Part shown: positions 51,207-62,397 of the stretch, one piece after another
How positions within the stretch are numbered: position 1 is the stretch's first letter
How the letters are laid out: each line of letters opens with the position of its first letter
Origin: Guillardia theta CCMP2712
Lineage: Eukaryota; Protista; Cryptophyta
Length of the DNA: 64,000 bases
Direction: 5' to 3'
Assembly (NCBI RefSeq): GCF_000315625.1
Contig: NW_005434549.1
Location: forward strand, 79,101 to 143,100
The notes under the pieces: generated by a model
The model's database searches: none
What the model was told of the DNA's origin: nothing
What the model saw: the letters and a program-made list of their open reading frames with translations, nothing else
Program-made: the position numbers and the translations under genes

Positions 51207-51559
51207 GTTGAGATGCGAGGAAGAGGAGGAAGATGAAGTAGTTCGAGGTATAAAAGGCCGATTTCCCTTTTATTGACTGAAAAAGAAGCAGATATACAGC
51301 TAGCCAAGTTTTATTTTTATATTAGTTTTATATTAAACCCGACGGTGCAGGATCATGGGGAGGAAAGGTAGTGCCTTCTAGCATAGTTTCTGCATCGAGG
51401 AAATTCCAAGAAGGAGGGGCTGCCGCTGTGCAGTCTGAGCCCTGCGGTAGAGATAAACAGGTCCGGGTTGTCGTAGACTCCGGCAGGTCTTAAGGGTGGC
51501 CCACGGGAGCCACTCAGTGACTCGGACCCTCAGGCTTGCGACTTGAGCCCGAACAGGCT

Positions 51560-52285
51560 CGTACTGATTTTTAACTTAACTTTGAGTAAAGTATGAACTC
51601 CGATGCTCAACCGTTGCGAGGTGACTCTCAAGTCACTGCTACTACGGCAGTGCCAGTCGGACTCCCAGCCTAGCGGCTACAGTACTCACTGTGTGTTTAA
51701 CTTAACTTTGAGTAAAGTGTGTTTCAATGATTGTCCTGTCCTCCGGAGTGACTGACTTTTTTAACTAACTTCGAGTAAAACTTGAAACGGCGCTAGTACG
51801 ACCGTCCGAGGCTCTCCCGGAGTGATGAACTTTGTCCGACCGTCCTCGTACTACTGATTTTTAACTTAACTTTGAGTCGAAACTTCAGTAGAGGCTAATA
51901 CGGGTAGCCTAGTACGCCGTGACGCCGAGTGCCAGTGATTGTCCTCGTACTACGGTACTGTTTCAAGTTTAAGTGAACTTAACTTTGAGTAAACCGTGAA
52001 CACTGGCACAGTCAGTCACTGAGTCAAGTACGGTCAACTTGCCAAAGATATTCGACGATCATCCGGCACTGCACAATCATCATGGCCGCCCTGCCGCGCC
52101 ATCGATCCGCCGCCATGATTGTGCGGCACCGTTTGTGAACGGCATGCGGCTGACGGCAGTAATCGGATCGGATCCGGGATCGGAGTGTCCGCCCTGGCGG
52201 TACCGTCAATTTGCGCGGGGAAGTAGTGACTGGTTTTTAACTTAACTTTGCGTAAAGAAGATTTTTAACTTGATTTGAAAACGGC
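51560..52285 (+). repeat. Interspaced array of the 18-mer AACTTAACTTTGAGTAAA (6 copies plus 1 degenerate)
   Basis: Copies start at 51573, 51699, 51763, 51863, 51976 and 52239, with a degenerate copy at about 52267. All are in the same orientation, with largely unique spacers. Confidence 0.9.
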
Positions 52286-52972
52286 CCGGAGGCTGCCGCA
52301 GTGCCCAGTCAGACTCTCGGCTTCCGAAGTTCTTTCACTGAACTTCGGAAGTTTCCCGGCGAGGCTTTCCTGGCAACCGTTGGCAATTTACTAGGCTTAG
52401 ACAAATTTAAAACACTTTTTCTCGGGAGTCACGGGAGGCTGCCACAGTCAAAGGCCAAGTTGCCGTCACAGTGCCGCGGGCGCGACTCGGATGTACCGTC
52501 GATACTACGGTAAGTTCGACTCAGTGCCGCGTGCAGCGGTCAGCGGCGCCCGGCCGGGTTATGGAACTTCTGCCATGATGATACGGAAGTTCAAGTTACT
52601 ACACTGTGACCAGCAACCTGTGAGGCCCAACGGTTGGCAAGTTGGCGATCTGATAGCCTTTCACTCCGGAAGTCTAGTACACCGACTTTCAGGAGTCTTG
52701 AAAGGAGCCCACATGCAGCTGCCAGGACTGAGTGCAACTTGGCAAGACTTCCGGAAGTTGGACTCCGGAGTCCGACCTACTATGATGCGAGGAGCCGCGA
52801 GGAGGAGCGAGGAGGAGCAGGTCGAGATTGCTGATGGGCGTACAGATGCATCGGCACAGACTCGGAGGCGCAGGGCCAGTGATGTGGTGGAGGAGCAAAT
52901 GGGAGGAGATGCAACAACATGGACATGGATACAATTTCTCACTCCTGTTGGACAAGTTCTCCTTGACTTACA

Positions 52973-52973
<1 letters not shown>

Positions 52974-53005
<32 letters not shown>

Positions 53006-53051
53006 CTGCTCCTCCTCCTCCTCCTCCTCCTCCTCCTCCTCCTCCTCCTCC
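52974..53051. repeat. Compound (CTG)n(CTC)n microsatellite
   Basis: Direct reading. Confidence 0.9.
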
Positions 53052-53083
53052 TGGTCTTATATCCCTCCTAAATTGTGCATTCA

Positions 53084-54156
53084 TCACATGCTTTGAGCTG
53101 CAAGAGGTTTTGCCTTCCCCTCTCCTTCTCCTCTTCCCTTCCTCAGTACCGCCAGCAAGATCGCAGCTCCCGCCGCCATGCCGATGGCGCCGATCCCCAC
53201 TGACGCGGCCGTGCGAACGGAGGGAGAAGCATTGGAGCCACGAAGGATGGCAGCAAGAGCCCAGGATACAGCACCAGCGTAGCCAAGGGAAAGAGAACCT
53301 GAGACAACGGTGAGAAGAGAACCAGGGAAATGAATCGTCACAACAGCAACATACACCATGGCTACACCTCCTCTCCTCGTGCTCTCCACGCTCAACCTTC
53401 CCATCTCTGACTCCCCTCCCCTCCCCTCCCCTCCCCTCCTTCAGCCTCACCTGCCCCCCATGAGTAGAAGGATGCGATCGCCCCAACGCTCGCCATGCCA
53501 GCAAGTGTCACAGGGAGACCAGCGCCGAGCTCCTCCTTCCCTCCTGCCATGCTCTGTCCAACCAGTGCGATCCCGATGCAAGAGGCGGCGCTCAGCCATC
53601 CGGCGTTGATGGCAGAAGGAAGGCGCAGAAACAAAGTACTCGCAACGTTGCTCTCTACCTTCCTCAAGCGTCTGCATGCCTCTAAGCCACTAGCGTAGGC
53701 TGCACAGAGGAAGAAGCTGCATGGAACAAAGATAGCAAGCTGTGATGATGCAGGAGCATTCTGCGACAGGGGAGCATGCACGAAGACAAGCTGCCAAAGG
53801 TTCTGCGCCGCCCACATCATGAGCCATGGCTTGCAGACAGCAGCAGCATTCTTCTGGTTGACGTTGGACCTGTCCGAGCTGGAGATGAGCGAGAGGATGA
53901 CTCCTCCTCCCTGCAGCAGGAAGATGATGCCCCATATGGAGAACGCGTAGCCGGCGGGGGTGATGCTCGTCGGCCATAGTCCAGAGATCTTGGCGTTGGT
54001 TGGGCCCATTGTTCCATTCATGGCCATGGCGTTGACGGCGATCAGAGCACCATATCCTCCTGCCATTCCAAGCTTCCATGCTGCACTCAGATGATCCTCA
54101 CCACCACCACCACCTCCTCCCTTGCCTCCTCCCGTCTTGCTTCCTGCGGCTCCCAT
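53084..54156 (-). CDS. Polytopic membrane protein of the TspO-like 'TPAGYAFSIWG' family, 2 exons
   Basis: ISGLWPTSITPAGYAFSIWGIIF, QNLWQLVF, RLPSAINAGWLSAAS, YAGAVSWALAAI; multiple TM helices; N-terminus MGAAGS. Confidence 0.75.
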
Positions 54157-54339
54157 GAAACTGGACAAACAAGGACCCCCTCCACCCCCTCTCATCTACC
54201 CTCACCCTTTTCTGAACAACTGTTAATACCTTAAACCCCAAAAATTCCCTTGAATTGTAGGGGTACTCTGAGGTATCCCCTCCTAAAGAGATCGAGGATA
54301 CCCCCATTTTTATCACCCCCTACCCTCAGGGACCTCAGC

Positions 54340-54570
54340 CTTTATATGAGTCACAGGCTGTCCGACGACTAGTGGTGACTGAACTTCAAGAAGGCCCCGA
54401 AGCCGCCTAGTACTACTTGAAGCCCGCCGAGCCTGAGTCACGTGTCGCCGGTCATCTTGCCGTACTAGTACCGGCCGACTCTCGACCAGGCTCAGATGGC
54501 CCATCATTGCGGAGTGAAGCCTGCCAGGCCGGGCCGGGCCGGAGAGGGCGGCTTCACTGAGTGGCTCCCA
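54340..54570. promoter_or_regulatory. Small GC island upstream of TspO-like gene
   Basis: TGAGTCAC twice, ACTAGT/TAGTACTA motifs, GGCCGGGCC. Confidence 0.4.
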
Positions 54571-54750
54571 CTGGCCCACCTCCCCACCTCGGGCCAGAAC
54601 TCCTCCCCCACCTCCCAGGCTACCTCCACCGTCTCCCCTAAGTTGGAGTCATCAGTACCATCAGGACAAACTCTCAGTCCATGGTATTTTCTAATGCTGA
54701 AGTGCTCGGCCTCCGACTCAGGATGAGATTCGTAGCTTCACTGACGAGGC

Positions 54751-57330
54751 TCAAGGGCAGGTGTTAGGGAACAGGCAGACGAACGTGTCAGGCTCGAGGG
54801 TGTAGGCTGACTTGGCTTGCGACACGTCAAAGTTCAGCTGACGCAGGGAAGCAACCTGCGTGGCATCAGGCGAGGTATCGCAAGGCAGCAGGTGGTCGAC
54901 CGTTACGGAGAACAGGTTGGCGATGGAAAGGAGGGTATCCCCTAGCACGACCTTGTACGACCTTCCGATGTTTACCTGCAAGACTTATCAGCCATCCTCC
55001 CAGCTCCCCTTCAGCTCCAGCCGGGCTCGAGGCTGACTGACCTCTTGCCCAACATCCACCGTCGAGTTGTCAAGTTGTGCATTCAATCCCCAGATCGTCA
55101 ACCTGCCATGGCCTCAGAGCCCAGCTGCACACCAGAAGCAACCCCACCAGTCAGCCTTGAAGATCTGCCCGATCCGCTGCAGATCGTCACCTGCCAGATC
55201 GTCAGCACGATGACGGACGGAAAAGGAGCAGGGGCACCGGGCTGAGCCATGTATTTACACTTGGGGACCACAACTCGGATGCAGACGGACGTGCTGGCGA
55301 CCTGGCAGCATCCAGTCACTAGTCAGCATGAGCATGCAGCTGCTATCCACCGCTGGTCTCGAGATATCTCCTCTTGCTGGGGGAGCAGAAGGTGAGAAGG
55401 AATACGAACGTAAAGAGGTGCAAGTGACCAACCTGATAGGCGGAAACAGATCGTCTTGTTGTACCCTCCCATGTTGATATCAGGCCGCCATGAAAATCTG
55501 GCGAGAGACTGGTCAGGGTGGTAACTTGCTGCCTCCTTCCTATCCTCTGTGCTGCACGTTGTTTTCTCCCGCTCCTTCTGCCCTTCCCTCCATGCTCCAA
55601 CTTACTCTGCCGTCAGTTGTGCGACATTGACGCTGTCCGTCGCTTTGACTTTGGTCTGCTGACTTGGCGTGTTGACAGTCACAACCTGCAGCGTCGAAGA
55701 ATTAACTGAGAGAGACGGAGACATCGGCATACGAACCTGCCCATACTCGATCGTGCCTTCCACGGAGATTTCCAAGAGGTCATACGGGATACTGATCCAG
55801 AGATTCAAACTAGCTTGTGTTGCAACAGGAGCATTCACCTGCTCTGTCCGATGATAGAGACAGTCTTCGTATCCCTCATGTAGAACGACACCGACTGGTT
55901 GGCCGTCGGGGTCGCGAAGCTCAGCACAGCCTGCAACAAGTTCCGTCAGTCCCATGAGTGCTGACATGTAGCGGATGGACTTAACCTGCTGCTCGACTAC
56001 TGTAACACTGATGCACTTCTGTACCACCACCAATGTCACCAACCCCCCCGGCGAGCGCAACACAAGGATCACCTGCTCAGAATGTGTACCAATCCCATCT
56101 ACAGCCTCATAACAGATCCAGTGCACTCCAGTCTGCAGCTCATCTCTTCAGCACACGTCGATTCGCCCGCATCGCACTTTTCATGTGCCGATGCATGTAC
56201 CTGCTTCGCGCTCGGCATCCAATGCACGTCGACCGAGGCCAACACGTCGGTGTTGCGGGCGTTTTGCGTCCGACCCCCTTCAGGCAGCTGAAAGATTCGA
56301 ATCCCCTGGATCTGCATGTGACGTCAGCTAGGATGAAGAAATGCTCCACTTCATACGGATCTCTGATTTGAAGATGTCGCGGATATAGTGAAGAACACGT
56401 CGTATCCGACGTATCCCTGTAGTGTAGAGACCGTGGGGCTAAGGAATGTCGGCCTCACTGCCCAGTCTGCTTCAGGAACCGTGTTGACGACGAAGAGCAG
56501 CGGGACCATGAATCCGGGAACCGACAGAGTTTGCACAATCACTGAGAACGCACGTTGACAAGAGCCCTGATAACTTGGGTTGGTCACTGAAAAGTTGGTT
56601 GTCAGCAGCCCGCCGAGGTAGTCCGGCCCGTTGAAGAAGAACACATTCCGGTCAATTGACAGCCCGCTGGTTTCCAGCCCTTGGCCAAGGCGCCAGAAAG
56701 GAGAGTTGATCCCTCCTGGCGTGTTGGCGGGCAGCTGGATCGTGCTCGCCATGTGCTCCTGGACGTAAACTGCTGGAAGCGACTTGAATGATGGCGAGGC
56801 CGGAGCGTTGAGGAGGTCGACGTATGCAGTGAGGTTGAAGGGCTTGTATGAGCAAGGCAGACAGCAGCCTTGCAACGTTGCCACCCACGGCGCACCGTTG
56901 TTGTTGGGTGCTGGGTATGAGGCATACATGTAGTACGCCTCCCCGTAGACGTAGTTCTGGTCGACTTCCTGCACAAACATCTGGATCCTGGATGATGGAC
57001 CATGGCCAGGGTTGAAGACAACTGTTCCACTGTCCACTCCTGCTGTTCCTACGACATCCACCACGTCGCCTCCCTGCACTGTCCTGAACTCGGCGGTCCT
57101 GCTCCACCGCATTGGTATCACAAACTTCACCACGTTCCCCATCTCCTGACTGTATCTAATCGTTGCATATTGCAGCTCTGACGCTGTTACGGGCTTGAAG
57201 ACACAAATGAATATAAACATGTAAGTAAGAAGTAAGAATGATGAGCTCCTCGCTCGAAAGTCCAAGCCTCTATTGCTGGTTACGCTGCTTCCCCTACCAT
57301 GCGATAGTATGCCTAAGGAGTTGCCCATGT
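54751..57330 (-). CDS. Secreted beta-rich protein with C-terminal tandem LysM domains, multi-exon
   Basis: Hydrophobic leader FLLLTYMFIFICVFKPVTAS; CKYMAQPG / DDLQRIG (LysM1); RSYKVVLGDTLLSIANLFSVT / VASLRQLN...LEPDTFVCLFPNTCP* (LysM2). The start is uncertain. Confidence 0.75.
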
Positions 57331-58113
57331 CATCCATGGCATCGCAACTATCGCAGGGATCTGTGAGTCTTGTTGCTCTTGTTCTGATCCTCTCAGACGC
57401 GTCGCAGTGCATTCCAGAGCCTCGTCGCTCTCTTAAACCGTCATCGTCCGAGAGGAGGTAACGTAGGTCACGGTGCGGGGCTCCAGAAGAAGGAAATGCT
57501 TGCGACTGTGAGGAGGCAGAGGAGGCAGAGGAGGCAGAGGAGGCAGAGGAGGAGGAGACTTGGAGACTCTCGAGGAGGATGCTTCTCTCTCCTGGACCAG
57601 CAGGAGCTGCATGGCGAACCTCTCGCCGCCTCCGCCCTGCCATGGCCTTTCGAGATAGGGGGCAGGTCCAATCTCCTGTAGGGAGAAAAGAGGGTAGTCA
57701 TTGAATTTGGTGGGTAGGGGTATTGAGAGTACCCCTGATTTGTTTTTAACTATGACATATGGGGTACAATTCAAGGGCAATTGGGGGTGAAACATGGGAA
57801 ATGTGGTGTTCAATGGGGTGGGTACATCAAGTTAAGGGGTACCGGGATGCGAGACTCTAATCAGTCCCAGAGGTAATTGGGGGTAGTCAATCCTTCTGAT
57901 CCGCCAATGATGGCTGACCGTATGGTATTTGGCCGCCGGTACCGGTCCCGGGCCTCAGTGATGACATGCACGTGCAACCCGCCTCAGAGACTGTCCTATT
58001 TTGTGAGCGACAGCATTGACAGGAGAGGAGGAGAGGAGGGAGAGGGAGAGGGAGAGGAGAGGAGAAGACAGACAGAGGATTGAAGCTATACAGCTGTGAA
58101 GAAGGTACGGAGA

Positions 58114-60114
58114 ATGGGGCGCGAGTCAGGAAGGAGGAGGGCTCGTAGAGAGATCGTCTACCACATGCACAAGAACGGTGTGAGCATGGAGGGCAGAAGG
58201 GAGATGACGGAGCAGGAGGTGGAATACTTCATGGAGGCCATCAACATGGGGCAGAAACAGAAGTTCGGCCTTGTTAAGCTCAGCCAGCTCAACCTCGATG
58301 CACTCGTTCCCTCCCCTGCGGACCTCCCCTGGCACCCCAGGACAACGCTCCTGGCCTACGCAGCCTGGAAGAAGAAGGATGGGGTGACTGGTGCTCTGCT
58401 GCGTGCAGGAGCGGACGCGAGTGTGCGGCATGACGAGCAGAGCGAGGAGAGGAGAGGCGACTCGTCTCAGATGTCCCGGGAATGTCTGGCGAAGGTGCAG
58501 GCGAGGACGGCAGTGTGGATTGTGAACGAGGTGGTTCGAATGCGAGCGAACATGGCGGCGGCGGAGGAGAGGCTGAGGGCCGAGGGCTGGGCATGCGCAG
58601 ACTGCTCGAGTAGAGACGCCTGCTCCGTCCTCTGCTCCGAGTGTAAGAGAGTCACGTGCGAAATCTGCCTATGGGCCCGCTTGTCACGTGACTCCCACAG
58701 CTTCTGCGCGTGCGGGAGGGGAGACGTAGTGGAGCAGGTGCTGGCGGGCATGGGGGAGGAGCAAGATGGCAGCTCGATGGAGAGGAAGAGAGCCTCGTAC
58801 GAGAGGTGGAGAGAACTACCAGGCAACCTGCCCTCCAAGGAGGAAGGCAAGCTGCAGCAGCTCAAGATCCCTTTCTTCCGTGCGATGCCCGAGGAGGAGG
58901 TGGCGAGGTTTTTCGTAGGAGCGACGAGGGGGCAGAGGATGAAGGAGCTGTGGAAGGCGAGCGTGAAGGGAGACGTGCTGCGACTGCGAGCTCTCGTCGA
59001 CGTTGGTGTCGACGTGGATGGAAGAAACGAGTATGCCTTACTCCTGCTCCTGCTACACTGCTCCTCCTCCTCCTCCTCTTGTCCACTGCTTTTATCTTTC
59101 TTGTACGTCACTCGGTTTTCATTCTCGTCCGTTGTCTTCTCATGATATCTCATAATGTTGCTGCAGCAATTTTCTTTCATCATCTTGTTTCGTACGATCA
59201 GCTCACTGAACGTTCCTCCTGAATGTCAACTTGTCTTGTGTTGCAATGATCTGATCTCATCATTCCTCTCCTCTCTGCTCCCCATTCTCTATCTTCCTCC
59301 TGTCCTGTCCTGTCCTGTCATGTCATGTACCTTCGTCCTGTCCCGTCCCCCTTCTCTACCTCGTCTCCTCTCCTCTCCTGCTCCCTCACTGCCCCAACGT
59401 TTTACAGGTACGGACAGACGGCATTGTTCATGACAGCGATGGCGGGTCATGCGGATGCTTTCAAGCTCTTGTACATCTGGGCAGGAGCAGACGAAACGCT
59501 CGCTGCCAACGGTGGGAGCACGTGCCAGCGGGTAGCGGCAGCGCGCCAGCATCGCTCCGTCCTCCAGGTCATGAAGGACTGCAAGGTCAAGGACATGGCA
59601 AGGTCGCTGGATTGTCTCCTCCTTGAGCAAGAGAAAGTTCGTACAGACTGGCTCAACGAACTCGTGCTCCCCCACTCCTCGTCCTCTTCCTCCTCCCCGT
59701 CATCCTCCGCCTCCTCCTTCTCATCCTCAGTGCAACTGCTCATTGGTGACAGCGTCGACCATCCTGGAGCCGGCAGCTTCTTGCTCGACGAGTTGTTTCC
59801 TCCCCTTTTCCTCGACAGGCTGGAGAAACTTTGGGAGTCGCTGGACAGGACAGGAATGGTGGAGCCGGAGGGAGGAGGAGCAGAGAAAGGAGGAGCAGAT
59901 TCGGAGGAGAAGATCTTTGGGGACAAAGAGGCAGCAGCAGAGTTTGCTTACAACAGAACATGCGGTCTTCAGAGATCTTACTTCTGCGATGACGAGGGAT
60001 GGGTGAAGTGAGCTTGTCTTGCATGTTCTGTCGACCTCCCTCTGACTCTCCCTTTCCTCCTTGTCCTGGTCTTTTTTGCCCCACTCCTCCTCCTCCTCCT
60101 CCTCCTCCTCCTCC

Positions 60115-60164
<50 letters not shown>

Positions 60165-61675
60165 CTCCTCAGGTTTGGGATAGAAAGCGCTCTTAAGCGG
60201 GTGTATCAAGACGGTCTCATCGCAGGCTGGTGGCCGCGAGGTCTCTCGAGCTTCTCCTCGTCGCTGCTCACTGGACGGCAGGTGGAGGGCCGGAGGTTCT
60301 GCCCTACATGCGCTTCCTCTTCTACCCCCAGCCGGGCGGGTGAGTTCTACAGCTCCCCGTGACTAAGAGGAGTGGAAGAGAGGAAAGGAGCAAGGGGGGA
60401 GGGAGGGAGGGGGGGGGGGCAGGAGGGAGGGCAAGAGGGGAGGGAAAAGAGGAGTAAGGAAGGGGAGGAGCCAGGGGGGGAATTTAGGACCTCCCTCACC
60501 CCTACTAATTCCAGATGACAAGACCCCTACCAATCCCCCACATGACCGCCGGAAAAAGTTCTTTCACCCATATTATAACATTTGGGATCCCGTTATCGTC
60601 ACTGTCTCCCTCGAAACTCTTCGGGGATCTTGGGCCACAGGAGGACAGGTCCCAAAAGACACCTGGGCATCAGGTCTTACCCCCTCATGGAACCCCTCTC
60701 TTCTTACCCCATCCTTTCCCTTCCGATGTCATCTTCCTCCGCCACCCCTTTTATCCTTTCGTTGTATTGACGGACTTGNNNNNNNNNNNNNNNNNNNNNN
60801 NNNNNNNNNNNNNNNNNNNNNNNNNNNNNNNNNNNNNNNNNNNNNNNNNNNNNNNNNNNNNNNNNNNNNNNNNNNNNNGAGGTCTTTCCCTCCCCACGGA
60901 CTCCCCTCCTTCCCTGCCCTCGCCTTTCCACGCCTGTCCTCCTCTCCTCCTCTCCTCCTCTCCTCCTCTCCTCCTCTCCTCCTCTCCTCCTCTCCTCCTC
61001 TCCTCTCTTCCCCCAACTCCCTTTCCTTCCTCCTTTCTCTCTTCGTCTCCTTTCCATCCTCCCCTGATCTCCCTCTCTCCTCTTCCCACTTCCGTTTCCC
61101 TTTCCTTCCTCCTTTCTCCTCTTCTCGCACCTCTCGTTTCACCTGTCCTTTTCGCAGTCGCCCCCAGCCTGACTTTCCACAGAGAAATTCGACGAGGACA
61201 TTCCTGCTGTACCTCTCTGGGTGCGGCGAAGGAGGAGAGACGGTGAGAAGGAGAGGAGGAGGATGTTGAAGGGAGCACGAGGAGGGAGCAAGCAAGGGAG
61301 GAGGGAGTGGATCGGGGGGGTAACGGAAGTTCTAGGTGCTCCTCGAGCGGGAAGGACGGAACGTTCCGACGAGTGGGGAAATCCTTGGGACAGCAAAGCC
61401 GATGAGGTGAGGGGGAATGGAGAGAAAGAGGAGGGGAAGCAGGAGGGGAAGCAGGAGGCCGCAGGAGAGTGGAGGTGGGTGGCTGAGAAGAAGACAAGAG
61501 AGGAAGCGAGCGAGCGAGGGGCGGGAGGAGGAGGACCTGAGGGAGGACCTGAGGGAGGAGGCTCTGATTGTCTCCACGCAGAGGTCGACTCCTGGTTTTT
61601 CCTCATGTCTGTCCGCATGCTGGGCTGCCAGTGATCGATGCGCCCAAGCTGCTGCTGCGAGGAGAGCTCTACTGA
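58114..61675 (+). CDS. Ankyrin-repeat + Cys-rich Zn finger + 2OG-Fe(II) oxygenase (P4H-like) protein, multi-exon, spans a gap
   Basis: Ankyrin: TLLAYAAW...LLRAGADAS and LWKASVKGDV...GVDVDGRNE/YGQTALFMTAMAGH. Cys-rich: CADC...CSEC...CEIC...CAC. Oxygenase: MRFLFYP, TFLLYLSGCGEGGET, GRLLVFPHVCPHAGLPVIDAPKLLLRGELY*. Confidence 0.85.
60779..60878. other. Assembly gap (100 N)
   Basis: Run of N. Confidence 1.
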
Positions 61676-62397
61676 AGAACAAGGAGAGAAGAAGAGAGAT
61701 GGGAGGGGGTGCAGGACAGGACAGGACAGGACAGGACAGGACAAAATAGGGAGAGGAGGGGAGAGGGAAGAAGAAGAGCGGGAAGGGACTTACATAGCAG
61801 GAGCTGGCAAAGTACAAAAAGAAAAGTTGATGGTGGTTGTGGATGGAACCATGAAGACCGTAGTAGATCGATGTAACGAATGACAAACTTTGTTTACTAA
61901 ATATTAGGAACACTGTAAGAAAGAAAGACACAAACATGCGACGACACAAGCTGAAGATCTCAAGGACATAAAACATCATCTTCAGTTCGTCGTTCAATCT
62001 TCCCAATCATCATCATCATCTCTCACTTCAACTGGAAGACAAGCAGAGTACATCATCATGTAAACAAACATCTACATCTTAAACTCATCTTTTACCGATA
62101 GACCCACTCCTCATAGATACCCTTATAGATAGTCGTCTCTTCCCGATCCCGGGGAAAACTGTTGAATGCATACCCACGAAATTAGTTCCGCTTCTGCGAT
62201 TTTTCTTGTTTTTTTTGAAATTTCCTCTGCCTTTTTGTGTAGTTTTTCGTTTGAAAATTGACAACCTTGGAAAACCCTTCCTCATGATATCCATACATAC
62301 TTGTTGACAAGATAGCAACATTATACCTTCACATCTCAGAGAGTCAAGCCCCATCCTTCTCCTCCTTCCACCGTCTCCTCCTCCTTCCTCCACCACA

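Noticed and set aside
51560-52285. CRISPR array interpretation of the 18-mer repeats
   Set aside because: Spacers vary from about 10 to 245 nt, the repeat is short, no cas genes are present and the context is eukaryotic.
60400-60778. Sequence and 243-aa ORF upstream of the gap
   Set aside because: Probably low-quality contig end or intron; the ORF is artificially extended through Ns.
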